A stretch of 64,000 nucleotides of DNA from Eutreptiella sp. 'Long Island Sound 2002' (taxonomy: Eukaryota > Protista > Euglenida), in NCBI GenBank assembly GCA_964036045.1, contig OZ038378.1, positions 96,348,001-96,412,000 on the forward strand, given 5' to 3'. This document shows, piece by piece, positions 34,034 through 44,716 of this stretch. The notes under the pieces were generated by a model. The model did not search any database and was not told the DNA's origin. It saw only the letters and a list, made by a program, of their open reading frames with translations. Numbering within the stretch: the stretch's first letter is position 1; each line of letters starts with the position of its first letter. A program made the position numbers and the translations under genes.

Positions 34034-36169
34034 CTTTCCATATATCACCCATGTTCCGTGTCATTTCTACAACAATATCTATTTCATTGCACTGATTTGC
34101 GACGGTCCAGACATGTCCATCAAAATAATTATTATTTGATGCTCTCGGAAACCTGTCGTTTTGCTACCTTTTTTGTTGTTTTTGACCCTGCAACTTGAGC
34201 CGCCTAAGTTCATGGTCTCAAGCAGTTCTGTGGAGGCCTGTCTTTGCGTGTGTGCTCGTCTGGTGCTCATGTTGCGTGTGCGTGCTCTCTGTTGTTCGTC
34301 CACTCCATTAATACACGCCGAGCAACTGTAATATCTTCTGAACGGGTGTTAATAGTGTTTTAACTCTATAGTGTTGCCAAAAAGGACGCGAATCGGAAGC
34401 AAGGGCGACCCCCAGTTGATGATAGAGGGCCCGGAATGGAGATCTGCTCAAACCCTGGTGCGGTGCCTCCGCCAACACCAGCGAAGGCCGCAAGAAGGAA
34501 TGGTACACGTTCATTGGAGCATTTGTTTAAGTATTCGCCACGCCTACGTGTATGGGAGAGCACGAGTCCCTTGAAACTCGGGAAGTCAGTGTAGAGGAGG
34601 AGTTGAATTGCAGGTGGTTGAGGCAGGCGCAGCAGAGCGGAAGGAAGCACATTGTGCATTGCTCTGCAAGTGAGTTTTTCTTCTTCTGCTCTGGTTATTC
34701 ACTTTGCAAAGTCACTCCCTGGAGTGTTCCCCACCCAACAGATGTATCCTTTGTTGCAACGGGCATCATCTTCTTTGAGTACGCACGAGACTATGAATCA
34801 ACGAACTGTGGTCTTGTACAGTAGCTCAATTGCTGCTTTATTTTCCTTGCAGCAACCTTGGAAAGCATGCTTCGGTGCTACACAATTTTCTCATTGGATG
34901 ATGCAATACATTTAGTTGCACGGTAACACACATTCAATTTCCTCATTCAAGTAACGTTTGCAAGAGTAGTGCTACACAGCTTTTTCATGTTTACTTCAGC
35001 ATGTCATGTTTTGGGTTCATTGCTTATTTCGTTGCTAAGAATGATTGCGTCACGACCGCATACCTCCAGGGTATGCGTGCCTGCTGCCTCTAACGATATT
35101 GCGAAACATTGTTGCGAGAATTAGAACGGCTTAAGTAGGAGACAGGATCTGCCCGTGCAGCTGAGAAATTCTTTACCGGAATGCTTCATTTTGCCCTATT
35201 ATTTTGCGCAATTATTTGGGGACCCTTGTCGCAGCAGGGCTGTGGCGCCGCGCAGCCTGGCAGCTCCCCAAACAGACACGTAATCAGTTGTAAGGAGAGG
35301 CCCTACAGACCTAAAATGAAAGCATTTTTATGCGGGAACCAAATTGCTGAATTACAAATAATACCAACAGGTTTCATTAGTTTGCGTTGCAAACATTGTG
35401 CCGTGCAATCTCCCTCTGGAAACTCTTCTTCGCGTCCACTGTGCGTCCAGGGCAATGTTTTGCATCACGTGCAAGCTAGGACACGGTTTTGCCCCACCTG
35501 CAGGACCCAATGCGGGGACCAAACCACAGCCAGCGAGCGGCACGCCGAAGACAAGGGTGCAGCGTGTGCACTGTCCTAATATGTGCCTGCCCATAGTGCG
35601 AAGACACACGAGGTTGGGGCAGCTGAGAGCTGTCGACTTGAAGCCGCTGCCCAGAGACCAACCGGGGGGGCGGCTGAGAAACCAAGAAAGGGAGCAGGCA
35701 AGAGACCAAGAGATGGTGTTGATGTTCAGGGAGCTGCTAAAGGGAGCATGCACTCAGCTCCCTGTCAAGCCAGCAAGTACTAAGCACCCACTGACTGTTC
35801 CTACAGGGCAGCGCAGCGTCCTGGACTTTCCAGCGACAAAAAGGTATGTTACAACTACCCGCCAGTTGATTCCCATGAGGAAGTACCTATTGGAACCCGC
35901 TCAGAAAACCTACAACTGCGATCGCTACAGCTGGCCAGGTAACAATCATAGTTCTGCCTACTTGCAACATCTTTGAATGAATTTGGTACATGACCAAGAT
36001 GAGCAGAAAAACCCTGGTGTTACAGTGCTGCACCACAGTGTTTCTAATCGTCTTCCACAGCTAATCGTAAACGTAGTTCCGGTGATGCTTGATTTTGTTG
36101 AAGCATAAGTGACATGCTCTTCCGCAGTTTCAACAAGGAAAAAGTCCAAGGGTCAGTCAAAGAGGACGC

Positions 36170-38100
36170 CAGTGGAAATACAAGATTTTGGACCTTCACC
36201 ATGACCGTGTTCAGATGAAGAAGGAAAACAACATCACGAATGCACTAGAGCTGATAGCAGACGTGTTTTCGAATTACCGGCAGTATGGTCTCTCGGGCGC
36301 AGCGACTGACTCACACGAAGACTCCCCGGCACAACTAATGACACCTGAAACGCCCATCAGTCACCCAGCCAAGAGCACAGCCTCGGCACCGGCACGGGCA
36401 CAAGGGCGCAACACCACTCCCCACCCCGCAACATCAGAGCCACAAGAGCCAACACTGGCTCGGACTCTGCGGGGGGCACACCGCCCGGCGGCCACGGCCA
36501 AACCGACTGCCGCGACGACTACGCAGGTAGTCACCAGCACAACAGACAACACGCCACCGGGGCCACATGGCCCGGGGACCCAACCGGAGGCCCAGGCTCC
36601 GGACAACACAGGTGCGCTATCCACACCACCCCCCAGCCCACAACGGGACGACCCCATGGGGAACACTGAGGCCGGACCCCGGGGAGACGCGGGAAGGCGA
36701 CAGCCGCAGAAGACTGGAAGCGCGGCGCGCCAAACTCATGGCCCCCATGTCCTTGGCGGAAATGGATAGGATGGACAGAGATCTGGTACACTACAACACG
36801 GACGAGGAGCTGGATCTGAGGAGATTTGGGATGGGACCGCCGGGGACCATGGGGGTCAGTATTTGCCAACACGACATTGATGCGGGGAGAACTGATGAGG
36901 GGAACCTCAGCAACCAACTTCTGAGACACACGCAGGGGAGCCCACTGGCATCGCCCACCCACCACCATCCACAACGATGGATGCAGACGCCCGCAGCGGC
37001 GCCGCGGCGGACCCAGGCCCCAACACCCAGGCACCACCCGCAACCTCCACGGGAACGGCGGTCACAGCGGAGGAAGCACCCTGTCCGCAGGCCACACACC
37101 CGCCAGAAGAGGAGACGTGCACCGTCTGGGCACCAAGGGGCACCGGACACACTGATGCAGGGGGACAGGGCACCGCGCGCACCTGCAGCGGCCCCCGGCC
37201 GTATTGCACGCGGAGCAGGCCGTGGCAGCCACTGACGGCGCGCACCCACCACAATCTGCAGTTGCTGGATAATGTGTACACCCTGGTACAGCCAGGAGCC
37301 AGGCAATCCACCGCCCGGGGCCCCAGAGACAGAGGACATCCTGCCATCCATCTTCAACGCCGCCGCACCAGCAGCAGATTAAGGACCGCAAGCAGACGAG
37401 CACCACCGGGACGATGAGTCTTTCGCCGTCTTCATGGCATCCTGTCGGTACGGGGCCCCAACCACGGGGCCAACAACCACATCCGCGCTGCGCTGCGTGT
37501 CGCACGACGGGGAGCCCACCAGCACTTCGCGGCATCCTGCCTCCGCATCCCATCAGGCGCATCCTCGCCGCAACTATGCCGCCTTGGGATCGGCGGCAGA
37601 AACCCACGCAACCACCGCGGGGGACGGTCAAGCAGGAACGCAGCCCGAGGGCGTGGCCAGTCAGCGCCCAGGCGCACAGGACGCCGGGATCTCTGGGGTC
37701 CGGGCAACAGCAGAGACCGGCAACGTCAGTGGACCGGTGGAGGGAATACCCTCATGAATGAACCAACCATTCGGACGGGGGAGCCTGGACTATGCACAAT
37801 CAAAAGGGGACGCCCAGCGCCCCACCATGGAGGCGCACCGCGCAGCAGCACTTGACCTGAACCTGTGGATCCCCCGGATCTTTGACGTGGAGCAGCCCAC
37901 CATCGAGATCCTCATGAACGTACACCACATCAGGACGGGCGCCCGCACCATTGCGGACGTCATTTTTGACCTGTGTGAAGGGCAACACTCCCCGCCCCCC
38001 ACCATGGAACATCCCGGCCAGTGGCGGCATGTGGCCACCCGCCTCATGGTCCGCATGGGACCTACATCCCAGATGACCTAAACCGGTTGCATTGACGGTG
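36170..38100 (+). pseudogene. C/A-rich low-complexity coding-like remnant, probably retroelement-derived
   Basis: Overlapping Thr/Pro/Gln-rich ORF pieces with more ordered segments (MSLAEMDRMDRDLVHYNTDEELDLRRFG; LDLNLWIPRIFDVEQPTIEILMNVHH). Composition mirrors the - strand of 4.7-7.8 kb. No diagnostic motif. Confidence 0.25.
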
Positions 38101-38234
38101 GCACCACAGAGCGTTGCTTGAGGCAAGAGCACTCTTCCAAACCTGTGGCGGTATACTTCGGGGAGGGCAATCAATGTTTGGACCATTCTTGGTGTCCCTT
38201 ACCAATCAAACCGCTCTATAAAAAAAAGGACAAC

Positions 38235-38678
38235 ATGGCATCACTATTTTTGGCAGTAGCATGTGTTATCTACTATTGCCTGTATCAAAAGAACAACAAA
38301 CAGACACCATCGACAGACAGAGGACAGCAACCACCGCCTCCTACATTTGAATTCTCACTGGCGACACACACAGGCACCCACAAACCATGTGACTGGCGAA
38401 CCTATGCAGTACGACACAAAGATTTAATGGATCCAGTCCGTCCCAGTGGTATGCCAACACGATACGAAACCCACTATCTCACGCACGGAAAAAATGAGCC
38501 CCACAGCATCTGGGATTGTAGTACATATCTTAATGCCCAGGGTTCCAAGGACCAAAAAAGTGAATTTGGAAGGGATTGTAATGCTGCTGTCAAAGACTAC
38601 ATCCAACATGGCCGGAATGAATCATGGCGTAATTCCCATTGCGGATTGCGGACGATACATATGTTTCATTTCCAGTAA
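38235..38678 (+). CDS. Small N-terminally anchored membrane protein with two D..Y....DL......HY..HG.NE repeats
   Basis: MASLFLAVACVIYYCLYQK hydrophobic anchor; CDWRTYAVRHKDL...ETHYLTHGKNE and WDCSTYLNAQGSKDQKSEFGRDCNAAVKDYIQHGRNE. Confidence 0.6.
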   Translation: MASLFLAVACVIYYCLYQKNNKQTPSTDRGQQPPPPTFEFSLATHTGTHKPCDWRTYAVRHKDLMDPVRPSGMPTRYETHYLTHGKNEPHSIWDCSTYLNAQGSKDQKSEFGRDCNAAVKDYIQHGRNESWRNSHCGLRTIHMFHFQ

Positions 38679-38884
38679 ACCCGGTAACAGACTGTCACGA
38701 TGCGGAAAAGGACCACATGCCAGAGGCATTCCCCCACCATCAAATCCAGCGAGTGTTGCACAGCAAAGAAAGGGAAGTGGGCAAAAAGGAAATGTGCATC
38801 CAGAACCTTCGAAGTCTCCAGAAATAGATTGCACGTAGATACTGAGCCGCGGATTAGTGGATGTAGTTTCACTGCCAAGTCTGG

Positions 38885-39256
38885 TTATTCGAGCAAAGTG
38901 TCCACCAAACCCTTCAAGATGTCCCCTGGGGACATCCGAGTATTTGCTCTGTTGTCACCCTTGTGACGCAAAACTACCGTCGTTGATGCATACAGGATTG
39001 CACCGAGGAACATCAAGACTAAAGCGATTACTAAAAACACACCAAGGCTCCGCCTTCTGAATCTTCTGCCCCTAGAAACAAAATCCTCTCTTTCCATTAC
39101 GAGTACACTCGGTGACCCGTCCTGATCGTGCACGTATTTGTGCCATATGTGAGTCAACCAGACAACGACCCCCGCCAGTAGTATAACGATGGGTAGCACC
39201 ACCAACAGACCGTCGGCGATGGTGTCACTTATCTTAGTCTTGGTAACATTGGGCAT
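38885..39256 (-). CDS. 123 aa two-transmembrane protein (array unit 1)
   Basis: Two hydrophobic segments (GLLVVLPIVILLAGVVVWL; LGVFLVIALVLMFLGAILYA); ORF intact in three units. Confidence 0.6.
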   Translation of the reverse strand: MPNVTKTKISDTIADGLLVVLPIVILLAGVVVWLTHIWHKYVHDQDGSPSVLVMEREDFVSRGRRFRRRSLGVFLVIALVLMFLGAILYASTTVVLRHKGDNRANTRMSPGDILKGLVDTLLE

Positions 39257-40849
39257 ATTGTGTCCGGTCCCTTACGCCAAGAGCTCCTGTGTCAGTGTTT
39301 ACAATACCATGCCAACATCAAAAAAAAATGCGAGGAATCGTCAATCCTCAGATTAGAGCTTGATACGGACTGTGAATGGAGCCACAGATTTTATACCTGT
39401 TGCATGGTCAGGATACAACTTTGCAGTACTCTGACGCATAGGTACCCGCCTTTTTGCTTTTGCACCACGACCTGGCAACAGACAACAAATACAACAAGCA
39501 AGGGTGTCAGATAGATGACACGAGTTGAGTTATAGGACGGACAGCCTTAAGGGCCACGGCCTCGGCACAATTTTTCCCATATCACTTGCCTTGTATGTGA
39601 TTTTGCATTGTGGGCTGGTACGAGAAGGGATATATATATATAGTGTAGGTACCCTTACCCTACAGTAAGTACCCTACAGTACATGCGCGACATGTGTGCT
39701 TCTGTTTAGCGACATCCTTCTTTTTACTCTGCTCAATTTGCTCGCCGAACCCCTTTTTCTTTTGTTATACACGTTGCCTGACTGCTTCGTCCTATGGGCA
39801 AAAGCAGACACCCATCCCGTTGACCCATATAAAAGCGAAGCAAACCACAGAAAAACCGAGTTCACACAACACAGTTCACTGATGTCATAAAATCACAGGA
39901 AAATGGCGGATGAGGCGGACGAAAGGGGCCGGTGGACCCCAACCCTGGCTTCGAGTCTGTGGTTGCTAAATGCACTTGCTCAAGCAACCCTTTTACGACA
40001 AGTGAGTTACCCACATTGCACGTCACTTAGTCTATCCAATCAGGGCTTGCTCTACCATAGTCAAACGTGCGCTAACAGCCCTTTGGTATACAGCGGATTG
40101 CAGTGAATACAACAGCCCCCTTGGTGCGTTCAACTACGAGATTTGGCTGGCTGCTGTGGCTGATAAAGTACCAATGTGGCGTGCGGTTTGAACGAAGCAT
40201 CATATCGTCATATACACCACCCCATGGTCATCGTTGTGTATCACCTCCATGTATCTAAGTCTATGTGAGCGTCGTTAGGCCGTGCGCATCCTGATAAAAG
40301 ACACAACTGGTTCACCGGTTTCATTTTTCGTGTGGCGAATACCCCATTTTCTTTGACACTTTTCATTGTCCCATGTTTCATTAGCGATACCCCGGCGCTC
40401 AAGCGTAGATCTCAGGCGGGTATCACCAGCTAGGACCGGGTCCATGTCTACTCCACAATGACGTGTATCATTTGCACCTGGTGCCATGGTGGTTGTTACT
40501 TCTTTCACTTTCTATTTTCCAACACCTCCTTATTGAAAATCTGTTGTATGGTCCAGCCAGGGCGATTCATGAACTCAGGTATATTTGTCGCTGTTTTGTC
40601 GGCTTGTGGACGCCTCTGTAGCAAATGAAGTTTGAACGCGTAATACAAACATGTTGGTTGGCTTCAAACATGATGTAACAATTGCTATCTTTTTAGGAAG
40701 GCCCTGCTGCAGTCAAATCACGCACAACAACACAGCAATCTGTTTCAGTGAAAGAATCGCAGCAATCAAACCCTGATCGTATTCGACATTTTGCCACTGA
40801 GTGCTAGCTACTACCTGAAAAGCGAAGCGCAAATACTACTAAAACCTCA

Positions 40850-41281
40850 TTGATCGCAGCAATGCATTTGTCACTGGTCAGCTTTGATTGGTCTAAAACT
40901 TTACACCACCCCCCCCCCGTAATACAGGTGTGGGATATACCTTTTTTTCGTGCAATTTGGCATCATGAAAAAAACAACATGCCGGGAAATTCCGTTGTTT
41001 TTCGACGCAAGGAATGTCAGAAACACCGAATAAACCTACTCACGGCGTTGCGTGACTACAAGAAAATCCACAATGGCGCATTTGTGCGCATGCTATCAAG
41101 CACTAGCATCGACACCGATCAGCAGGTCATTCAAATGTTCGAGAGACTTCGCATACCCGAGTGGGTGCCCCAATCCATGGCCATGTGTACAAGTAGGTGC
41201 GAATGGGATCGTGTCACTGAAATCATGAAAAACAAAGCGTTTCATTTCGATGTTGTCCTCGGTCTGCTACGGGACCCATAG
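40850..41281 (+). CDS. Hypothetical ~135 aa protein repeated in each unit (also 46415-46813, 52376-52807, 58432-58830)
   Basis: WDIPFFRAIWHHEKNN...INLLTALRDYKKI...FERLRIPEWVPQSMAMC...FHFDVVLGLLRDP is open in four copies. Confidence 0.45.
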   Translation: MIAAMHLSLVSFDWSKTLHHPPPVIQVWDIPFFRAIWHHEKNNMPGNSVVFRRKECQKHRINLLTALRDYKKIHNGAFVRMLSSTSIDTDQQVIQMFERLRIPEWVPQSMAMCTSRCEWDRVTEIMKNKAFHFDVVLGLLRDP

Positions 41282-43066
41282 ACCCGGACGACTGACCTAT
41301 TGGCGGCCATACAAGAAGAGAAAACAAAATAGCTCTAAGCCATAGGACATACATACAGTGACAACCACTAAGACATGTCGGCATAAGCCGAGGTTTACAA
41401 TGAACTCGTTTCACTACTGTGACAAACACGCCAGATTGGCATAGATACGAAACATTTGTGATGCGTGCCATATGTGGAACTTGTTGGCACTGAAACAGAC
41501 AGGGGCTGACACCGCCCCCTTGCGACACTGTTTCGCATTTGTATATCTCCCTGCGCGATGGTAGGGTTGGTATCGACGGCATAAGGATTGAGCGCTTCTG
41601 TGGGGACCGCTCTAACCACGACAGTGACACACCCATACAACGCACATCCGGGTTGAGGGGGTTACAGTATATGACACGTGATGGTGAACTGCGACGCGTA
41701 CCAGATTATGCCTACGTTCATATCAGTAGTTCGACCGGTTTGGTTACGGGGTTGGTTTGTATGTGGGGGTATTACACAAAGACGGCCGAGTATCACATCG
41801 TCGAGGACGAAGCTGAGTTCTTCGAATCAGTGGATAGAGTGAATGGTTGGCGTAGCATCCGGTCGACCAAAAGCGTGTGTGCTGCTGCTGCAAACGACAA
41901 CAGCAGCAACGACGCTGGTGGATGGTGACGAGCTTACGTAATACTCGGTTTCAATTGGTGTGTTGAAAAAGAAGGCATGTCTACCCGGGTGCTGTATTTA
42001 TGACCCATGACGGGCCACATGACGCCAAAGAACAGTGAAAGTCCCAACCTGCCACACAGGCAATCACAGGCGCAAACAGCTTCCCGTTGCCGCGCCACGA
42101 GAACGACAGAGAGGGTAATTGTAAGGTTCCTTACCATGGGCGGTCAATCAACTCACCTCTATCAACCTGGATACCACGCATCCGAACCGCCTTTCTATTT
42201 TGCAACGCCTTTCTACTGGACATCTGTTTCATGGCCCAGCCCGAGCGCACCATGGACCCGTTTACCGCACATTTGGCACAGTTCAATAACCACCCACGAC
42301 AGACAAACATCAAATCACGTGTCATATTGATTGGCTCGAAACGCATTGTAACAATTGCTATCATGTTTAATGAAGTCCTGCTGATTGCGTAGAATGTCAA
42401 TCACACCACGTGCCACAACACAGAAATCTGTTTCAGCAAATGAATTGCGGTAATCAAACTCTGACCTTTTCTGACATGTTCAACTGGGTGCCAGCTAATC
42501 CCCAAAAGGCGCAACACAAATACTACTAAGACCTCATCGATTGCGGCCATGTATTTGTCAATGGTCAGCCCGGGATGGACAATATAGGTTGCAAAACAAC
42601 ACCAACCTCACTGTCAACACTGCAACCAAAGAACACAGCAACAAGGATGTGGGCGCCGGGTAAGGGGGCTCAATGAGCAGATAAAGGGGCAGAGGCCACA
42701 AGCCATACAAGGAAAAATATACGACTCTGCTTTAGGAACCTTAGTGTCTGTCTGGGCTGTCGCGGGCCTCTGTTGCATCACTATGATGATACGGCACTAT
42801 TAAGGCCCCTCTCTTTCGATTGGCTGTGGATGATTGCACCTTAGATACCCATGGCATTCCTTGATGTTGATATTTGGAAGGTGTAGTCACCAAAAACTCT
42901 ATCTCCAATCTCCTTGGGGGTCGCCCGCCGCTGCACCACCAGTAACACGAATAATCCACGATGGATGATCTGCGATCAAACGAATATCCCATATACAAAC
43001 AATGTCATCGGACAGCATTGGACAGCCTCATTGTATAACGACAGTGAGGGATGGAGGCCACAACCA

Positions 43067-43453
43067 TTACCAAGAGCGCCCTCGGCCCTCTTTGGTTAGT
43101 TGATATTTTTCACGAGACACCGTGACAAATCCCGCAGAAACTGCGTCAATAAGGGCCGTTTGCACTTGCTGCCGCACGTTGCCGGGTGGCCACATGCAGG
43201 CTCCGCCCAGAGCACCCGGTATGGCTGCACCACCGGTACCCCGGCTGTAAAGCAACAGGACCATAAATTCCACCTTTCGTACCTGGGCTGGATCCCGCAT
43301 ATCCAACAGAACTTGTTGCACCCGCACTGAGTAGGGATCGATGCCACCATCCTCATTTTCTGGCTCCACGCCACCATACTCTGGGAAAGTGTCGGCTTCT
43401 GGGAAGCGTACATGGGATTTGTATCTGGGACTTGTCAAATTGGAACAACGCAA
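43067..43453 (-). CDS. Small protein with C-terminal winged-helix-like motif (also ~48600-48972, 54592-54978, ~63200-63594)
   Basis: QVQTALIDAVSAGFVTVSREKYQLTKEGR matches the L..LV..G.V.....Y.LT..G wing pattern of wHTH domains. Confidence 0.45.
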   Translation of the reverse strand: MRCSNLTSPRYKSHVRFPEADTFPEYGGVEPENEDGGIDPYSVRVQQVLLDMRDPAQVRKVEFMVLLLYSRGTGGAAIPGALGGACMWPPGNVRQQVQTALIDAVSAGFVTVSREKYQLTKEGRGRSW

Positions 43454-44104
43454 GCTGCAGAACGAAAGGAAACCAGTGGACAGGTCCTAAAATCAAATAA
43501 GCAGATAAACAAAACTAACAGTCAACCTGCACCTGGCGTTCTGGTGTCCCTTCGCTTTTTTTGGCTGAAACCAGAAATTCAAAGAGTTATTTCTGCTGTG
43601 ACCAATAAAAGCGGTATGCCAATTATACCAGTCAAGATACGAAATAGCAGTGCGGGTGTGGGTAGGTTAGTGGCAGTGGCAGTTGGGACACTGAAACTCG
43701 GGGACATCCGTATCCACAAGAATGCAAATACACTGACCGTGAACAGCGGTGATGGTAGTGTCATCAACAGTGGCGTCCCTCTACAGCAAAACGGCGCAGT
43801 TTGGATGTCAAATATGGATTCTAATGACATGAAGGCCGGGGCCCTGCCCGTTGACCAAACAGACGCTCAAGGTCTGATACAGCAGTTGGATCCAGTCCGT
43901 CCCAGTGGTATGCCAACACGATACGAAACCCACTATCTCACGCACGGAAAAAACGACCCCCGCAGCATCTGGGATTGTAGTACATATCTTAATGCCGAGG
44001 GTTACAAGGACCCAAAAAGGGAATTGGGGAGGGATTGTAATGCTGCCGTCAAAGACTACATCCAACATGGCCGGAATGAAACATGGCGTAAATCCCATTG
44101 CTGA
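43412..44104 (+). pseudogene. Deletion-fusion ORF: S74 N-terminal half joined to HG.NE-repeat segment
   Basis: Matches the fibre gene up to QGLIQQL, then switches at ~43888 to DPVRPSG..., which matches 38429 onward. Confidence 0.7.
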
Positions 44105-44344
44105 TTGCGGACGATACATATGTTTCATTTCCAGTAAACCCGGTAACAGACTGTCACGATGCGGAGAAGGACCACATGCAAGAGGCATTCCCCCACCATC
44201 AAACCGGGAGAGCGTTGCACAGCAAAGAGAGGGAAGTGGGCAAAAAGGAAATGTGCATCCAGAACCTTCGAATTCTCCGGAAATAGATTGCACGTAGATA
44301 CTGAGCCGCGGGTTTAGCGGATGTAGTTTTACTGCCAAGTCTGG

Positions 44345-44716
44345 TTATTCGAGCAATGTGTCCACCAGACCCTTCAAGATGTCCCCTGGGGACATCCGAT
44401 TATTTGCTCTCTTGTCAACCTTGTGACGCAAAACTACCGTTGTTGATGCATACAGGATTGCACCGAGGAACATCGAGACTAAAGCGATTACTAAAAACAC
44501 ACCAAGGCTCCGCCTTCTCAATCTTCTGCCCCTCGAAACAAAATCCTCTCTTTCCATTACGAGTACACTCGGGGACCCGTCCTGATCGTGCATGTATTTG
44601 TGCAATATGTGATTCAACTCGACAATGACCCCCACCAGTAGTATAACGATGGGTAGCACCACCAACAGACCGTCGGCGATGGTGTCACTTATCTTAGTCT
44701 TGGAAACATTGGGCAT
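44345..44716 (-). CDS. 123 aa two-transmembrane protein (unit 2)
   Basis: Paralogue of 38885-39256. Confidence 0.6.
   Translation of the reverse strand: MPNVSKTKISDTIADGLLVVLPIVILLVGVIVELNHILHKYMHDQDGSPSVLVMEREDFVSRGRRLRRRSLGVFLVIALVSMFLGAILYASTTVVLRHKVDKRANNRMSPGDILKGLVDTLLE

Larger units (their letters stand above)
26459..34208 (-). mobile_element. Decayed autonomous-type TIR DNA transposon, 7750 bp including a later 1.4 kb insert
   Basis: Left end CCTGGACGGCTCAAGTTGCAAGGTCAAAA; right end reverse complement CTTAGGCGGCTCAAGTTGCAGGGTCAAAA. Flanks TTTAT (26454-58) and TTCAT (34209-13) give a 4/5 TSD match. Same TIRs as the element at 59043-60749, which has a perfect 5 bp TSD. Confidence 0.85.

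Noticed and set aside
35350-35530. RING-like Cys pattern (CKHC...CPTCR)
   Set aside because: Spacing and the central ligands do not fit a RING consensus, and the region is frameshifted.
39620-39690. (TA)6-8 tract with TACCCTACAGTA direct repeats as a telomeric or integration signal
   Set aside because: Not the CCCTAA repeat, no TSD or junction associated; it behaves as an ordinary microsatellite copied with the unit.
40001-40029. GTGAGT...CACTTAG 29 nt mini-intron in each array unit
   Set aside because: Splicing it leads to a stop within about ten codons, and the 3' AG is mutated in some units.
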